The notes beneath the pieces are model-generated. The model saw nothing but the letters and a program-made list of their open reading frames with translations, did no database searches and was not told where the DNA came from. Below are positions 11,354-22,676 of a stretch of 64,000 nucleotides of DNA, in pieces; within the stretch, counting starts at the first letter, position 1, and every line of letters starts with the position of its first letter. The translations under genes were made by a program, and so were the position numbers. The DNA comes from Schizochytrium sp. TIO01 (lineage: Eukaryota; Protista; Bigyra: Labyrinthulomycetes): positions 2,170,001 to 2,234,000 of the forward strand of contig SMSO01000036.1 in assembly GCA_004764695.1 (NCBI GenBank), read 5' to 3'.

Positions 11354-14332
11354 CTAAAAGCGACGTGTTGTACGATAGACTTGAGAAGCCAGCGAGAAAT
11401 TCGACCAAATGCCGTTGATGCTCGCTCGAACCCGAAAATGATACCCCGTGACAGGCTGCAGATCCGTAATGGAAACAACATTCTCTGCAAGATCGCGACC
11501 AGACTTTGGCGTAATCCATTCGGCAAGAGGTTCAAGACAATCATTTGCAAGATTGAAGCTACGATTGTCCAAATCTTCAACAACCTTCACTTGCACTTCA
11601 TAACGAATTTCTATCCCAGATCGAACACTGAAAAGTGGTTCCCACTCAAGACGTACCACAGAATCAGTACGGGATATAAGATGTGGCACCTGTGGGGGTT
11701 CACTTGGTCTCGTTGCAATTGGCTGCCCAGGTGACGAAAAGGAGCCCCATCCCATTTCATTATGTGCACGAACTGCAAAACGATAGCTACATCCCGGATC
11801 CAATCCACGGACTACCTGAGACTCATACCCTGGGTCTGCAGACAACTCGGGAGCATAATTAACCTGACTCGGAAATATAGATCGCCATGTTCCAAGCACG
11901 ACATCAGCACATCGTATATGAAATTTATCAATCGGATTGCCATTGTCACGAGGTACGCGCCATGTAATCCGTACAGAATCATGCCAAACATCGGTCAACT
12001 CCACATCAAATTCCTTCCCTCGACTTACAATTGGGGCCAAGGGTTCATTTGGGACTGCCATATCCGTCATCAAACCAATCGAGACCGGACACTCGTTCCA
12101 AGGCAGCGAAGCACAGTTCTCATCGCGAAAAGTTGGACGCACCCTTATATAGTACATTGTAGCTGGCGCCAGATCACGTACAATAAAGCTGTGCTCATCA
12201 CCCACAACTTGCGTTGTTACAGTTTCCCAAGGAGCCTTACGCCAGTCATACGCTCCATCATCTTCCAGCTCCTCAACATCTTCCTCATCCAGCACCTCTG
12301 ACGTCGAAGCATCTGTTGGCATCGCTTCTTTCATTGAAGCGTTTCCTGACTCCTCTGTTGCGGGCTCACTGATAATAGTCTTTGCTCCCGGATTTGTCTT
12401 AGCACCAGACCTCGCAGTCGGAGGAACAGTACGTTGAAGCTCCCAACGCACAATGCCACGTTGACGCATTTTCTCATCAATACTCTCAGACCAGTCAACC
12501 CCAAGCTCACACGAAGTTGCAAATATCCCACGCGCCGGTGGACGAGTACTCATTGGTTGACTCTCTGGGCCAAACTTAGAAGCTCCAATCTTATTTCGAG
12601 CGCGTATACGAAAAATGTAACTTGTGTCACTCTCAAGCCTGTCTGCTGTGTACTTTACTATACGAAATTCGTTATACACTCTTCGGTTTCCTGATTTCGC
12701 ATTTACCACACCTTGCGTGCTTCCTACAATCTTCTCTGAAACTGAATAATAGCATTCCTCCCCATCAGCGGCACGACGGGCTTGAAGCTCATAAGTATCA
12801 ACAACAAAGCCATTATTGGAATGTGGCGCTGGCCATTCCAGGTCTATTGAAACACAAGTAGCTCCTGTTTCAGATATTTTGGCTTTCCCAGGTGCATCTG
12901 GAACATCTGCAGCAGTAGTTACACGAAGTCGTTCGCCAACTGCTCCCCAGCCTGCTACACTCCTTGCTCGAACCGAGATGCCGTACTCTGTGCTTGGCAT
13001 TAAAGTTTTATCGAAGCTGTAAAGGACACGCGCATGCGCCCAGGAGGACTCTACGTCAGTTTTCTGGGACCTACTCACATTGTGGTTTCTGTTCCCATCA
13101 CCCTTTATCTCCGTTACGCTCTCGTCAGGCCCTTCAGCATCCCCGTCTTCCTCATCACTGCTGCTATCATCATCGACATCATCGTCATTCTCATCGTCCG
13201 GAAACCCAGAGCGAGATCCAAACGATGAAGAGAGAGAGAGCCTGCTTTTTGACTGTGCACGCTCAAGCCTTCGTTTCTGTCGCAACAGTTTGGCTTCTTT
13301 CGCTGCCTTCTTTTCGAAACAAGCTTGTAATGCAAGAGCTCGTCTCTCTGCATGTGGATTTGGTCCAAAGTCAGTTGCACAAATTAAAGCAGTTTTCACT
13401 ACTTCACCTCGATCTGGGTACAGCGCTGCCTCAACACCCCCGATTGGAAGCCAAGAAATCTCGTACTCTATTATTCTGACACCATGGTCATCTGGAATGT
13501 CCCATTCAATAGTAAGTGAGCGAGTCTCAGGAATCCCGCGCAAGCTGATTGTGTCAATTCGAGCTGGGGGTTCGCGAAGAGTATCCATGATCAGATCATG
13601 TGAATTTTCACAGGCAAGATCATAAGCCATCAACCCATATGAATTTTTCCGTAGCTTGTCTATTCCTGCTTCGCGTACAAGGAAAGTGACAAGTGCAGCT
13701 TGACCATTTTCTGCAGCCATGTGTAACGGAGTATTCCGTGTTCCCTTCTCTTCACAATGGATATCAGCCCCTCTTTTCACCAAAAATTTAGCAACTTTAA
13801 GTTGGCCATACATAGCAGCTGCATGCAATGCCGTATAACCAGTTCCTGTGTGTTGTGCATCAACGCTTTGTCCATTGCTCAGCATAGACTTCAGCTTGTC
13901 AATTTGGCCTGTTGCTGCAGCATCAATGAACAAATCGGACTTTGGGCTATGCAGCTCATGCTCTAGCATTTCCACAACACGACGAGCCAGCCGAGCAGCA
14001 AGTTCAACCTCTTTACCGGAGCCTTTGTAAGCTTCGATGAGTAGTCTTGCCACGGCGCCAGGTTTGTCTCGGAATGCGATACCCGCAGGCAGATTCTTTG
14101 GTTTCGGAGCCACATAAAAGTGCGGGATCTTCTCCAAATGAGGAGAAAAAACAGAGGTCACACCAATACCTAAGGTGTCGCTTTCTGCAAGACTTTTGCG
14201 TGTCTCTAATCGTTGCTTCCTAGTGGCTTCTGCAGACCGCCTTTCGAGTTCCTCGTCGAGGTCTCCACGACCAGGCACTCCACCTTTTGGCTGCCTCCAT
14301 CGTGAGCCACGAAGGTCACGAAGAGTGGCCAT
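11354..14332 (-). CDS. Ankyrin repeat and fibronectin type III domain protein
   Basis: Ankyrin repeats (GYTALHAAA, RNTPLHMAA) followed by several FN3 units (W..P..NG...Y, Y.FR.RA.N..G.S.FS); the first FN3 is interrupted by a basic/acidic insertion. Confidence 0.85.
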   Translation of the reverse strand: MATLRDLRGSRWRQPKGGVPGRGDLDEELERRSAEATRKQRLETRKSLAESDTLGIGVTSVFSPHLEKIPHFYVAPKPKNLPAGIAFRDKPGAVARLLIEAYKGSGKEVELAARLARRVVEMLEHELHSPKSDLFIDAAATGQIDKLKSMLSNGQSVDAQHTGTGYTALHAAAMYGQLKVAKFLVKRGADIHCEEKGTRNTPLHMAAENGQAALVTFLVREAGIDKLRKNSYGLMAYDLACENSHDLIMDTLREPPARIDTISLRGIPETRSLTIEWDIPDDHGVRIIEYEISWLPIGGVEAALYPDRGEVVKTALICATDFGPNPHAERRALALQACFEKKAAKEAKLLRQKRRLERAQSKSRLSLSSSFGSRSGFPDDENDDDVDDDSSSDEEDGDAEGPDESVTEIKGDGNRNHNVSRSQKTDVESSWAHARVLYSFDKTLMPSTEYGISVRARSVAGWGAVGERLRVTTAADVPDAPGKAKISETGATCVSIDLEWPAPHSNNGFVVDTYELQARRAADGEECYYSVSEKIVGSTQGVVNAKSGNRRVYNEFRIVKYTADRLESDTSYIFRIRARNKIGASKFGPESQPMSTRPPARGIFATSCELGVDWSESIDEKMRQRGIVRWELQRTVPPTARSGAKTNPGAKTIISEPATEESGNASMKEAMPTDASTSEVLDEEDVEELEDDGAYDWRKAPWETVTTQVVGDEHSFIVRDLAPATMYYIRVRPTFRDENCASLPWNECPVSIGLMTDMAVPNEPLAPIVSRGKEFDVELTDVWHDSVRITWRVPRDNGNPIDKFHIRCADVVLGTWRSIFPSQVNYAPELSADPGYESQVVRGLDPGCSYRFAVRAHNEMGWGSFSSPGQPIATRPSEPPQVPHLISRTDSVVRLEWEPLFSVRSGIEIRYEVQVKVVEDLDNRSFNLANDCLEPLAEWITPKSGRDLAENVVSITDLQPVTGYHFRVRASINGIWSNFSLASQVYRTTRRF

Positions 14333-15377
14333 GGCTCAGCAATGAGCTTTTCTTGTTGGCCGATTTTACAACCTTGTCAAACTGTTTATCAAGTCATAAA
14401 ATGAGAGCTTGCTACTGCTTGCTTTCTTCCACTAGCTTTGAAACCACCATCGCCAAAGGTGTGTACTCCCTTTACGTTTACGACACAGGACATTACCTAT
14501 CTGTCCAATAGGAGCAACGGCTATGATTTTCCATAGAACTAATAGGGTACACTATGTACTAGGAGTAGATATATGCAGAGTTAATAGTGACCGATACAGT
14601 GTTTGTTGTACAGACGGCATTCTAATAACTTGCAACGCTGAACGTCTGATGGTCCAAAGAGAGAGACACGCTGGCGGCCATTAACAAAAGCTGTTCGACA
14701 GTTTTATAAAGCTAGGCGAGCAGAGCACTATGAGAGATTGTGCTGTAATATTCCCTTATGACCTTCTGATGTGAAGACCTTATCATTGTTTTACGAAATT
14801 ATATTGCTGATTGATTTCGAAGGTGGCAGTCCCATTTCTCCTGCTCCAGTTATTTTAAAGTTCTAACCTATCTCTAATACAAAGAACTACTGTGTGTTTC
14901 GCTTCGAAGATTGGCTGCTCTGGGTGAGAAGCTATCCATGTTGTTTTAACGAGCAAATCATGGAGTATGATTTCAAGATTATGACTACTTTTGTAAATAC
15001 TTAAAGTAAACTGAAGTACAACACTCGTTCCTATTTTACCGTGGCATGATTTCTTGATATACTTATGTTTGCTTGAGAAAATTATTAAGTGTTTATTCAT
15101 TCCAACGTTATTAATATAAGCAAGAAGTTCTGCGTGGTTGCTCAAAAGTTTAGCGCAAAAGTAGATATTTGATTTTATTCATTACTTCTATAGACTTAGG
15201 ACAAAACAAACCAGGAAATGCTAAAAGTGGGAACTAATTATTTATTTTTATCTAAATAAGTTTTTTTCCTATCAAAATATTATCTACCAATATAAATTGT
15301 AGAGTACAACATTATTAAGCCATCTTGTCAGAGAGAAGGAACCCAGGAGTACTCTAGTAAGAAACGAAACAATGGGT

Positions 15378-17105
15378 TTACTTTGTCTTTTTCGATTCGA
15401 CACGTTTATTGTCAGCTTCGTTAGCTAGATCATCGAATTCCTCTGTATCAAGTCCCTCACGACGTGATTTATCAACTGGGTAAATCCAGCGCTGGTACAT
15501 ATAAACGAAAAAGACAAGATCGTCACGAAACACCGCTGCACGATGCATAGTTGGCATCCGGATAATGAAAGCAAAGAGGTCATCAATGAATGTGTTGGTG
15601 GCTTTGTAGATGAAGTATTCCCATGGGAGCTGCGCGACGCTCTTTAATTTATAATTGATGAAAATTTGTGGGGTCATCATTACGAATCCAAGAGCATAGA
15701 CACAGGAAGCAAGACTACCAACCGCCCATGAATAAAAGCCGGGGTGCTTCATTCTCACCAGTGAGTAAACCGCGTAGGCCAGGATCATAGGAACTAGCGC
15801 AAGTGCAAGCTTTAGTGTGGATGAAGAGTCTAGTGCGGAGGTATCTTCTGACCCACCAATACAAAAAGCTCGGTGAACTTTCCAGATCTGAACAAGGACA
15901 CCAACAGCGCTCGGGCCTAGCACAAGAAGCGATGCGCTTTCTTCATGAAGGTATGCCAAAATGATAATTTGCGAAACTAGTTCGATAACCAAAGGACGAA
16001 TGGCCAAACCACGTGTGCTTTTTGTTGATGCCCAAAACGCAATGTCTGAACGAAAGGCTAGCACATCGAGCAGCAAGTGAGTTAGTGATACGAAAAGGGT
16101 AACACCGAGTAGAGTTGGATCCGTCTCAGTGAGAACATAGCGCATGTCATCAATATCCTTTTCTGAAGCTCCGAATTGTTGCTGAAGTTTCAAAGATTCT
16201 TCCATGTGTGCATTAAACTGCCATCTTGCAATAGACATGGGCCCAATTTCGATGCGAAGAGGCAGGACCTCATTAGTAGTGTTGATTTGAATGAGCTTTT
16301 CCTTTGTAAGCCCGAGCTGATCAGAATAAATCACAGGGAGGTATGTACTAGGTTTCTGCGGGTCGATTGGAAGGCTGCCACGCACAATTGCAGGAGTGTG
16401 CGAGGAACGTGGCCATTGTGTCCAGTCCGCAACAAGACGAGCTGCAGCAATTGGTGTCCAGAACCCAACATTTGTTTCACTTTCTGAAGCAGGAGTGTTT
16501 TCTACCTCACATGCATCGTCTGGAACGAATTGGCCGAGAACTGGCCAACCTTGAACGAGGTAGCGTGTAGGCCGTTTCACAGGAACTTCAATATGCTTTA
16601 CAAGCGGAGTGCTGACACACTGCTCATTGGTGTGCGATGCTTGAAGACAAAATACTGCATAAACAATCTTGTTCTTAGAGAGTTGGTCCCAAAGGAATTC
16701 AGAAGTTGCTGCACGTGAAAGGTTGAAGTCTTTTGCAAAAAAGATGGCCTTGTCCTTATCAAAAACGAGCTCTTGGCCAGGCTCAGAGCCCCACAGCTTT
16801 ACAAAAGTGTCGGTTTTGCCGGAATTGGTATCCTCTTGCTTGTCCTTCCGGTATTCCTGGAATGTACTGCTGGATCTAGGTGTCCTGCGTGTCGGCTTTT
16901 GCGTGAGCCACACACTTGCCTTGAACGTTTGGCCTGGAGACCAACTTGGATCCCAGGTTGGTATTCCAGAAGCAGCAAAGTCTTGAGAGGCTAGAGCAGC
17001 CCCGGGATTAAGAATGTAGTAAAGTTGATGAGAAACAAAAGCAATGTAGCCAAGAAACAGCGACAGCGTAATCCCTCGGAAACTAAAGATGGAAGGCACT
17101 CCCAT
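15378..17105 (-). CDS. CLPTM1: CLPTM1/CLPTM1L-family multi-pass membrane protein (putative lipid scramblase)
   Basis: LAFRSDIAFW, GFVMMTPQIFINYKLKSVAQLPW, YKATNTFIDDLFAFIIRMPTMHR, DDLVFFVYMYQRWIYPVDKSR. First ATG (MGVPSIF) at 17105. Confidence 0.93.
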   Translation of the reverse strand: MGVPSIFSFRGITLSLFLGYIAFVSHQLYYILNPGAALASQDFAASGIPTWDPSWSPGQTFKASVWLTQKPTRRTPRSSSTFQEYRKDKQEDTNSGKTDTFVKLWGSEPGQELVFDKDKAIFFAKDFNLSRAATSEFLWDQLSKNKIVYAVFCLQASHTNEQCVSTPLVKHIEVPVKRPTRYLVQGWPVLGQFVPDDACEVENTPASESETNVGFWTPIAAARLVADWTQWPRSSHTPAIVRGSLPIDPQKPSTYLPVIYSDQLGLTKEKLIQINTTNEVLPLRIEIGPMSIARWQFNAHMEESLKLQQQFGASEKDIDDMRYVLTETDPTLLGVTLFVSLTHLLLDVLAFRSDIAFWASTKSTRGLAIRPLVIELVSQIIILAYLHEESASLLVLGPSAVGVLVQIWKVHRAFCIGGSEDTSALDSSSTLKLALALVPMILAYAVYSLVRMKHPGFYSWAVGSLASCVYALGFVMMTPQIFINYKLKSVAQLPWEYFIYKATNTFIDDLFAFIIRMPTMHRAAVFRDDLVFFVYMYQRWIYPVDKSRREGLDTEEFDDLANEADNKRVESKKTK

Positions 17106-20100
17106 GATAAACTTTTCACTGCAGGTTTTCCACCTTCCGAAACCCAAGCAGCAAAGGTTTGACACCAGCAGGCTCTTTCTGAGAAAAAACGAAATTGCAA
17201 TGAATTTCTCAAAGTATTCAATTGTAAACAACCTAACGTGTAATACTGTATAGGTGTATTGCACTGAGAGCCCTTTTTTTCACTACTTTGCACTCAACGA
17301 GTAGGCTGGTTGCTCCTGGTCACCCAATCGACCACTGAGCAGCACACTATGTGTAAATACCGGGTTCGCTCAGGCCGAAGCTAGGCCCAGGTTATTTAAA
17401 CCAGGACAATAGTCCATATGCAGGCCTTCACAAACGTTGCAAACCACCTACAGCTTCCAGTGATAATAAGTAAAGTTGGTTTGAGCGCTAGCTGCTGTAT
17501 TTTCTGCTCTTCTTCTTTCCAGCGCATCTCTAGAGGTTATTTACCTACCTAAGGTATCTATTAATTAGGTAGTAGATACTACTAACTGCATCATAGATAC
17601 CTATACTATTAGCGCAACGCATTTCAAAGGGACTTTAATAATATACCATAATTCTTTACTAAAGTGGTTTATTTACCTTAAATAGATCGGTTACGTTCCT
17701 TCTAGTGTGGGCGATTGTTTCTTGGAAGATGCTGGCGTCGTTATCGCAGATTGAGGAGTTAGCTTCTGCATGCTGGCGAAGCCTTGGCTACGGTGGTTTT
17801 GGTTTATCCGTAGCCTGTGAGGTGTTTACCTTCTGCGACGCGGCCCTGAACTCGACCATTGTATCAAGACGACCGAATCTGGGTGGCAGCTCCTCCCGCG
17901 GATTAGCGCGGAAAGACGCTCCTTGCCAAGTCTAGCCTTGTTTAATACTCATTTAATCAAGGGAGAATTATGAATCATTTGGGCGATTCTGTACATATTT
18001 TGCGTGCGTTAAATCATGCATGCAGCGCTAAACGCTATACTCTGGACGAGGTAAAAAAAATGTTTTTTTACCAGATGCATGAGAAGTACAGAGTACTAAG
18101 ACAATGGAGGCTGCAACACATGAAGTTGTCTTTACTTCTCCTCCACCTCTGCATCTGAGTTCTCAATGATTCAAAGGATGGACTCAAGTACGGCTTGTAT
18201 TATATTTTTAGGAATAAAGTTGCAAAGTGAGTGAAAAGTTCCTTAACTTGTGAAAGTTTTCACATTAAGCATACATCTTTATTTCTCCAAGAAACAAGGG
18301 AAGCGGCCCAATCAATGTTAAAGGTACATTAGGTACCTTCGCGAGTTTGTTGTGAGGATGGACTAGCGTATATATCGTGAGACCATTTTGGAGAATGGAC
18401 AACCTAGCGACACATTTTAGCTTTTCCTCACAGGAATCAGCTGCGCGGATCTGGTATCATCAATAGTCTATTTCTTAGACTCAGTCTCTACACACGTACT
18501 CGGTGTAGTTATGTGGTTTCTCACTTCGTCCACTGCATTTTACATACGATTGGAACCTCTCGACGCCAGTGCCGGCTCCGTCCGCCCATGCAACCGTACT
18601 TGCAATTGCTGGTTCAAGTTTGATAACCAATAATAACAGGACTTCATTGTTTTAATCCTTGCTTCTATGTATTTTCTATCCTGTTCCACTTGAGGTGCTT
18701 ACCGACTAAGTCTTCTACCTTTTTCCAAACCAACGTATGTCAACGTATGCTGTCCAAGGAGTGATCAAGTCTCCAATTCCCATCCAACACTACCTCAATA
18801 TTCACTGCAGAACTAAGTTCCTCCAACTTGAACGACTCTTGTAAATGGTCACCACATATGGCATGAAATTGGCCACGATTCGACCCTTTTTGCCATTCAC
18901 CGCCGTCACCCAAGAAAGTGGATTCGTTTGTTTTAGAATTCTTCTTTTAATTAAAATATTATTATTTTTTAATCAAAAAATAAAATATTATATATTTTAA
19001 TCTATTTAAAAGACTTTATTGGCCTATATAGTTAAAGTTCCCGTCTCCTTAATTTACAAACGAAACATAAACTTGTACATAGTAATAGGAAAAGCAACAG
19101 GAAAACCTAAAGCCTAGTCATGGTTACAGCATATATATATGTGGAAGACTAGTTTCCGCTGGTGACATCTTTTTTAATTCCATGAGTGTGCGCAGCCTTT
19201 CGTTTTTTGTTCCCTAAGCTAGCCCACGATGCTCGTATTCTCGCTTGTTCTCACGAAAGAATTTTCTTGAGCACGTGGTATGCGCCACGCAACGTTTATT
19301 GGAATTCCGAATCAACCTGATGAGTGTTGTGGCTACCAAAAGGTAAATACAGAGTTCCTTCTTTATAATCAAGTTCCCAGGAGTCCTGTTGACACAAAAT
19401 GTATGTCGCTGTTTCTTTACGAGGTAATATGCTTTCGTTCGAGGCACTACCATGAAGATGCTGGAAAAAACAAACAAAAAACTCTTCTTTGTCTATGTAT
19501 TTATGGTACACATTTGTAGTCTCGATTTTTAAAGAACACTGGGCATAGCGCGGGTTTAGAGTACTCTTCGAAATCTCAATATGAAATACGAAACCAGTTT
19601 TAAAACTAAGCGGCAAGCCTTGCGTACCTCGATTGTAAAACAAACAAAGGTGATCCGCTACTCTCTGAGCCAATCACTATAGTTACTTCAATAGTTATGT
19701 GAGTTTTCTACTTACGAGGAACGAGCTTGCCTCTGTGCTAAGAATGTCCAGCTCAGGTCAAGAATATTTTGTTCCGCGGCATTCCCAGTTTAGGTCCTGG
19801 TACCTACTATCGAAATTCGTAGTGCCCCTATCCTCGTTATGACTTTCCTGCGAACATGGAGCTTGATGTAGTTCTATTCGTCTTTCAGGCGAGAGACCCT
19901 GTGTTTGCAAGATTCTCAACATTGCTTAGAGGTCACACATAGTGAATATACTTATCCATTCAAAGGGGGTTTAAAAATAAAATGAAAATAATATCATGAT
20001 ATCCCGGTTCCATGTAATTGTTGTTGTTTTGTTTATCTGAGAGAATCTTCAAATAAAGGACAACCATAATTCTACAAAGCTATTGTAAGGAGTGTTGCAG

Positions 20101-22193
20101 ATGCTCTCCCGGGCTATACCACTCCGGGGGAACAATGTTGCTAGCATAGTTCATGGGGTGTAGGATTAGTCATGACTCAATGAACAGCCCGCCTCAACAT
20201 TTTATTTCACACGTACGTCTGTGAATTTATTTCAAAGCTAAAGTTGACAGCCTGGTTTGAAGAGCAGAACATCTTATCATCGAATCCATTCTGGCAAGGC
20301 CTATTAATTCATTTTGCTTGTCAAATGAATAACTCTCCTTTTTAAATATACTACTTTACACCTTTGAAATCTATGTCACCGCTCTTTTCAGGGAGACGAC
20401 TATAACTTGACTCAAACACTTTAGCTTTAGACAGAAGGAAGAAAAAGCAGGTCACGAAAGCAAGCAGCAGGTTTGAGCAATCCTGTTCTCTCTGTCACTA
20501 TTTTTTTTTTTTAAAGCCAAATTCCACAAAAGCAAGTTGCCTGCGGAACACAATATTCGCCCAATAGAAACTCGTTAATTTCCTGAAGCGATATGGCGCA
20601 TATGGTGCCAATAAACTCACCTGTCTTCGTTGGTTTTAAATGTTATCGCCATTGCGGCGAGACTGACCAGAGACTAACATTTAAAAAAAAAAAAAAGGGT
20701 CTAATCAAATCAATTTCTGCGAATTGAAGTTTGATAAAAGGTTGCATATATTTGTACAAAGTTGAAAACAAAGCAAGTGTTTTACTCTAAAGGGAGAGCA
20801 TCGGCATCAAAACAAGAAATACTACTTCTTTTTCTAAAATTTGATTTAAAAAAACAAAAAAAACACTAGAAATAGTATACTACCTATATTATTATCAATT
20901 AAGAATTAAAAATTAAGTCGAAGGGAGTAAATAAAAACAGAAACTGGCAACATCAAAAATTCGGCCCAAGCGGAAGTCGATGTCGAAGCTAATCATTGCC
21001 TCCGTCTGCCGCATATTTTGGCGCGACAGAGTTTGCTAACATCAAGCTAGGGGCAAATATACAAGGCTGGCATATTTAGAATCATTGTTGTACTTCGAAT
21101 AATTTTTATCCGTTGTCACGCTCCCGTTCTAAGCTCCTTGCTGTGGGTGGTCTCAGGTGTTAGACCAGGATGGAGGCGCGGAGACTGCGCGATAATGCGC
21201 GCGGAGGGAACTGGATTTATTGAGGTGGCAATGAAAACAGGGGCGAGCCGAGGCGGGCAAGAAAAATACTAGAAACGTGAATTGATGGTACCTCCGTGGA
21301 TTGTGCAGATAAAGGCTTAAGTAGCGATGGATCAATTTTAAAATTACAAATATTCATTGACTTTTTACTATTAACTAAAGAAACGAATACAAAATTAAAG
21401 GAAGAGGAAATGGAAAGGATCAATAAAAAGCCATCGGTTTTAGTAGCCATTGGTTTGACTATTCTATACTCTACCGACTTTAATGCCATGCATCAATTTG
21501 ATCTGCCAGTCAATTTCGTGAGAGTGCGGCCATCTGTGTAACCTAGCTTCGAGCCGCGCCTGAATCAGAACAGTCAACTTTAGGCTTCCGTCTAATATCC
21601 ATAGACCTTCACTGGGGGATAAAAAGGTATAGAGAGGGAGAGAGCAGCCTAGGTCGTGGTGCGGAGAGTCGAAGAGAGGCGGGAGAGTGGCCTCGTCCAG
21701 AGACAGAGAAGACAAAGGAGGTCGAGAGAAGCACGAGAAGTGTGAGAAAGTAGCACTCCACTTCGGGATTCATGAAAATAGACTCCTTTCTTCTCAATCT
21801 CTGTTAATCTCAAAACAACTTTTTTTCTTTGAAAGAAAAAGAAAAAGAAAAAATATTTTAGTGTTTTTAGAGAGTAGGAGAGACACAGAGTGATGGAGAG
21901 CTAAGGAAAAAGGAATAACAAGGAAGCAGGTACATCACTACGCGCAAGCAGTTGATAAGGAAGTGAGAGGGTCTAGGTAGGTGAGTCATAACATAGATGG
22001 CTGGACTTTAACCGATCAATTGCATGTGCTCGATGGTCTGTGGAAGCAAATCCGAAACCTCGAGACTTCAAAAGCCTCCAAACAAACAACTTAATCGTTC
22101 CTCAACTCGCGTTTGCCCAAAGCATCAGCTCAGCAGCAACCGCGCCTCAGGGTTTGCCAGCACCGTATTTCAAAAGACAAGAAAACCAGCACC

Positions 22194-22676
22194 ATGGGTG
22201 GAGCCGTTTCCGTCGCATCGCTCGATGAGCAGGCCACCGTTCAACACGCTGCCGCACTCGAGGTCGTCGAGACTATGGTTAACGAGATGGAGGATGGCTC
22301 CAAGAAGACAAAGGACGAGATTGCCGACGTTGTTGCCGCGCACGAGGGTAACACACTCACCAAGGAGGAGGCTCTTGAGCTTCTCGCCAAGATTGGTGAT
22401 GGGGAGAATGACGAGTATGAGAAGGAGCAGCTCGCTGAGTACTTGAAGGCCGCAAAGGCCCCTGCTGAGGGCGAGGCCGCCCCTGCTGAGGGCGAAGCTG
22501 CCCCTGCCGAGGGCGAAGCAGCCCCTGCCGAGGGTGAGGCCGCCCCTGCTGAAGGTGAGGCTGCAGAGGCAGCCCCTGCTGAGGCCGAGGCCGCTGCTGA
22601 GGGTGAGGAGGGTGAGGCCGCCAAGACTGAGGAGGCCGCCCCTGCAGAAGGCGAGGCTCCGGCAGCTAGCGCCTAA
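22194..22676 (+). CDS. Small acidic N-myristoylated protein with Ala/Glu/Pro/Gly tandem repeats
   Basis: ATG at 22194 in ACCATGG context; MGGAVS fits MGxxxS; strong codon bias like EIF3D; helical EF-hand-like core followed by (APAEGEA)n. Confidence 0.8.
   Translation: MGGAVSVASLDEQATVQHAAALEVVETMVNEMEDGSKKTKDEIADVVAAHEGNTLTKEEALELLAKIGDGENDEYEKEQLAEYLKAAKAPAEGEAAPAEGEAAPAEGEAAPAEGEAAPAEGEAAEAAPAEAEAAAEGEEGEAAKTEEAAPAEGEAPAASA
22458..22562 (+). repeat. 21-bp coding tandem repeat, 5 units (APAEGEA), with degenerate copies to about 22670
   Basis: gcccctgc(t/c)ga(g/a)gg(c/t)ga(g/a)gcN units that differ only at synonymous positions. Confidence 0.9.
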
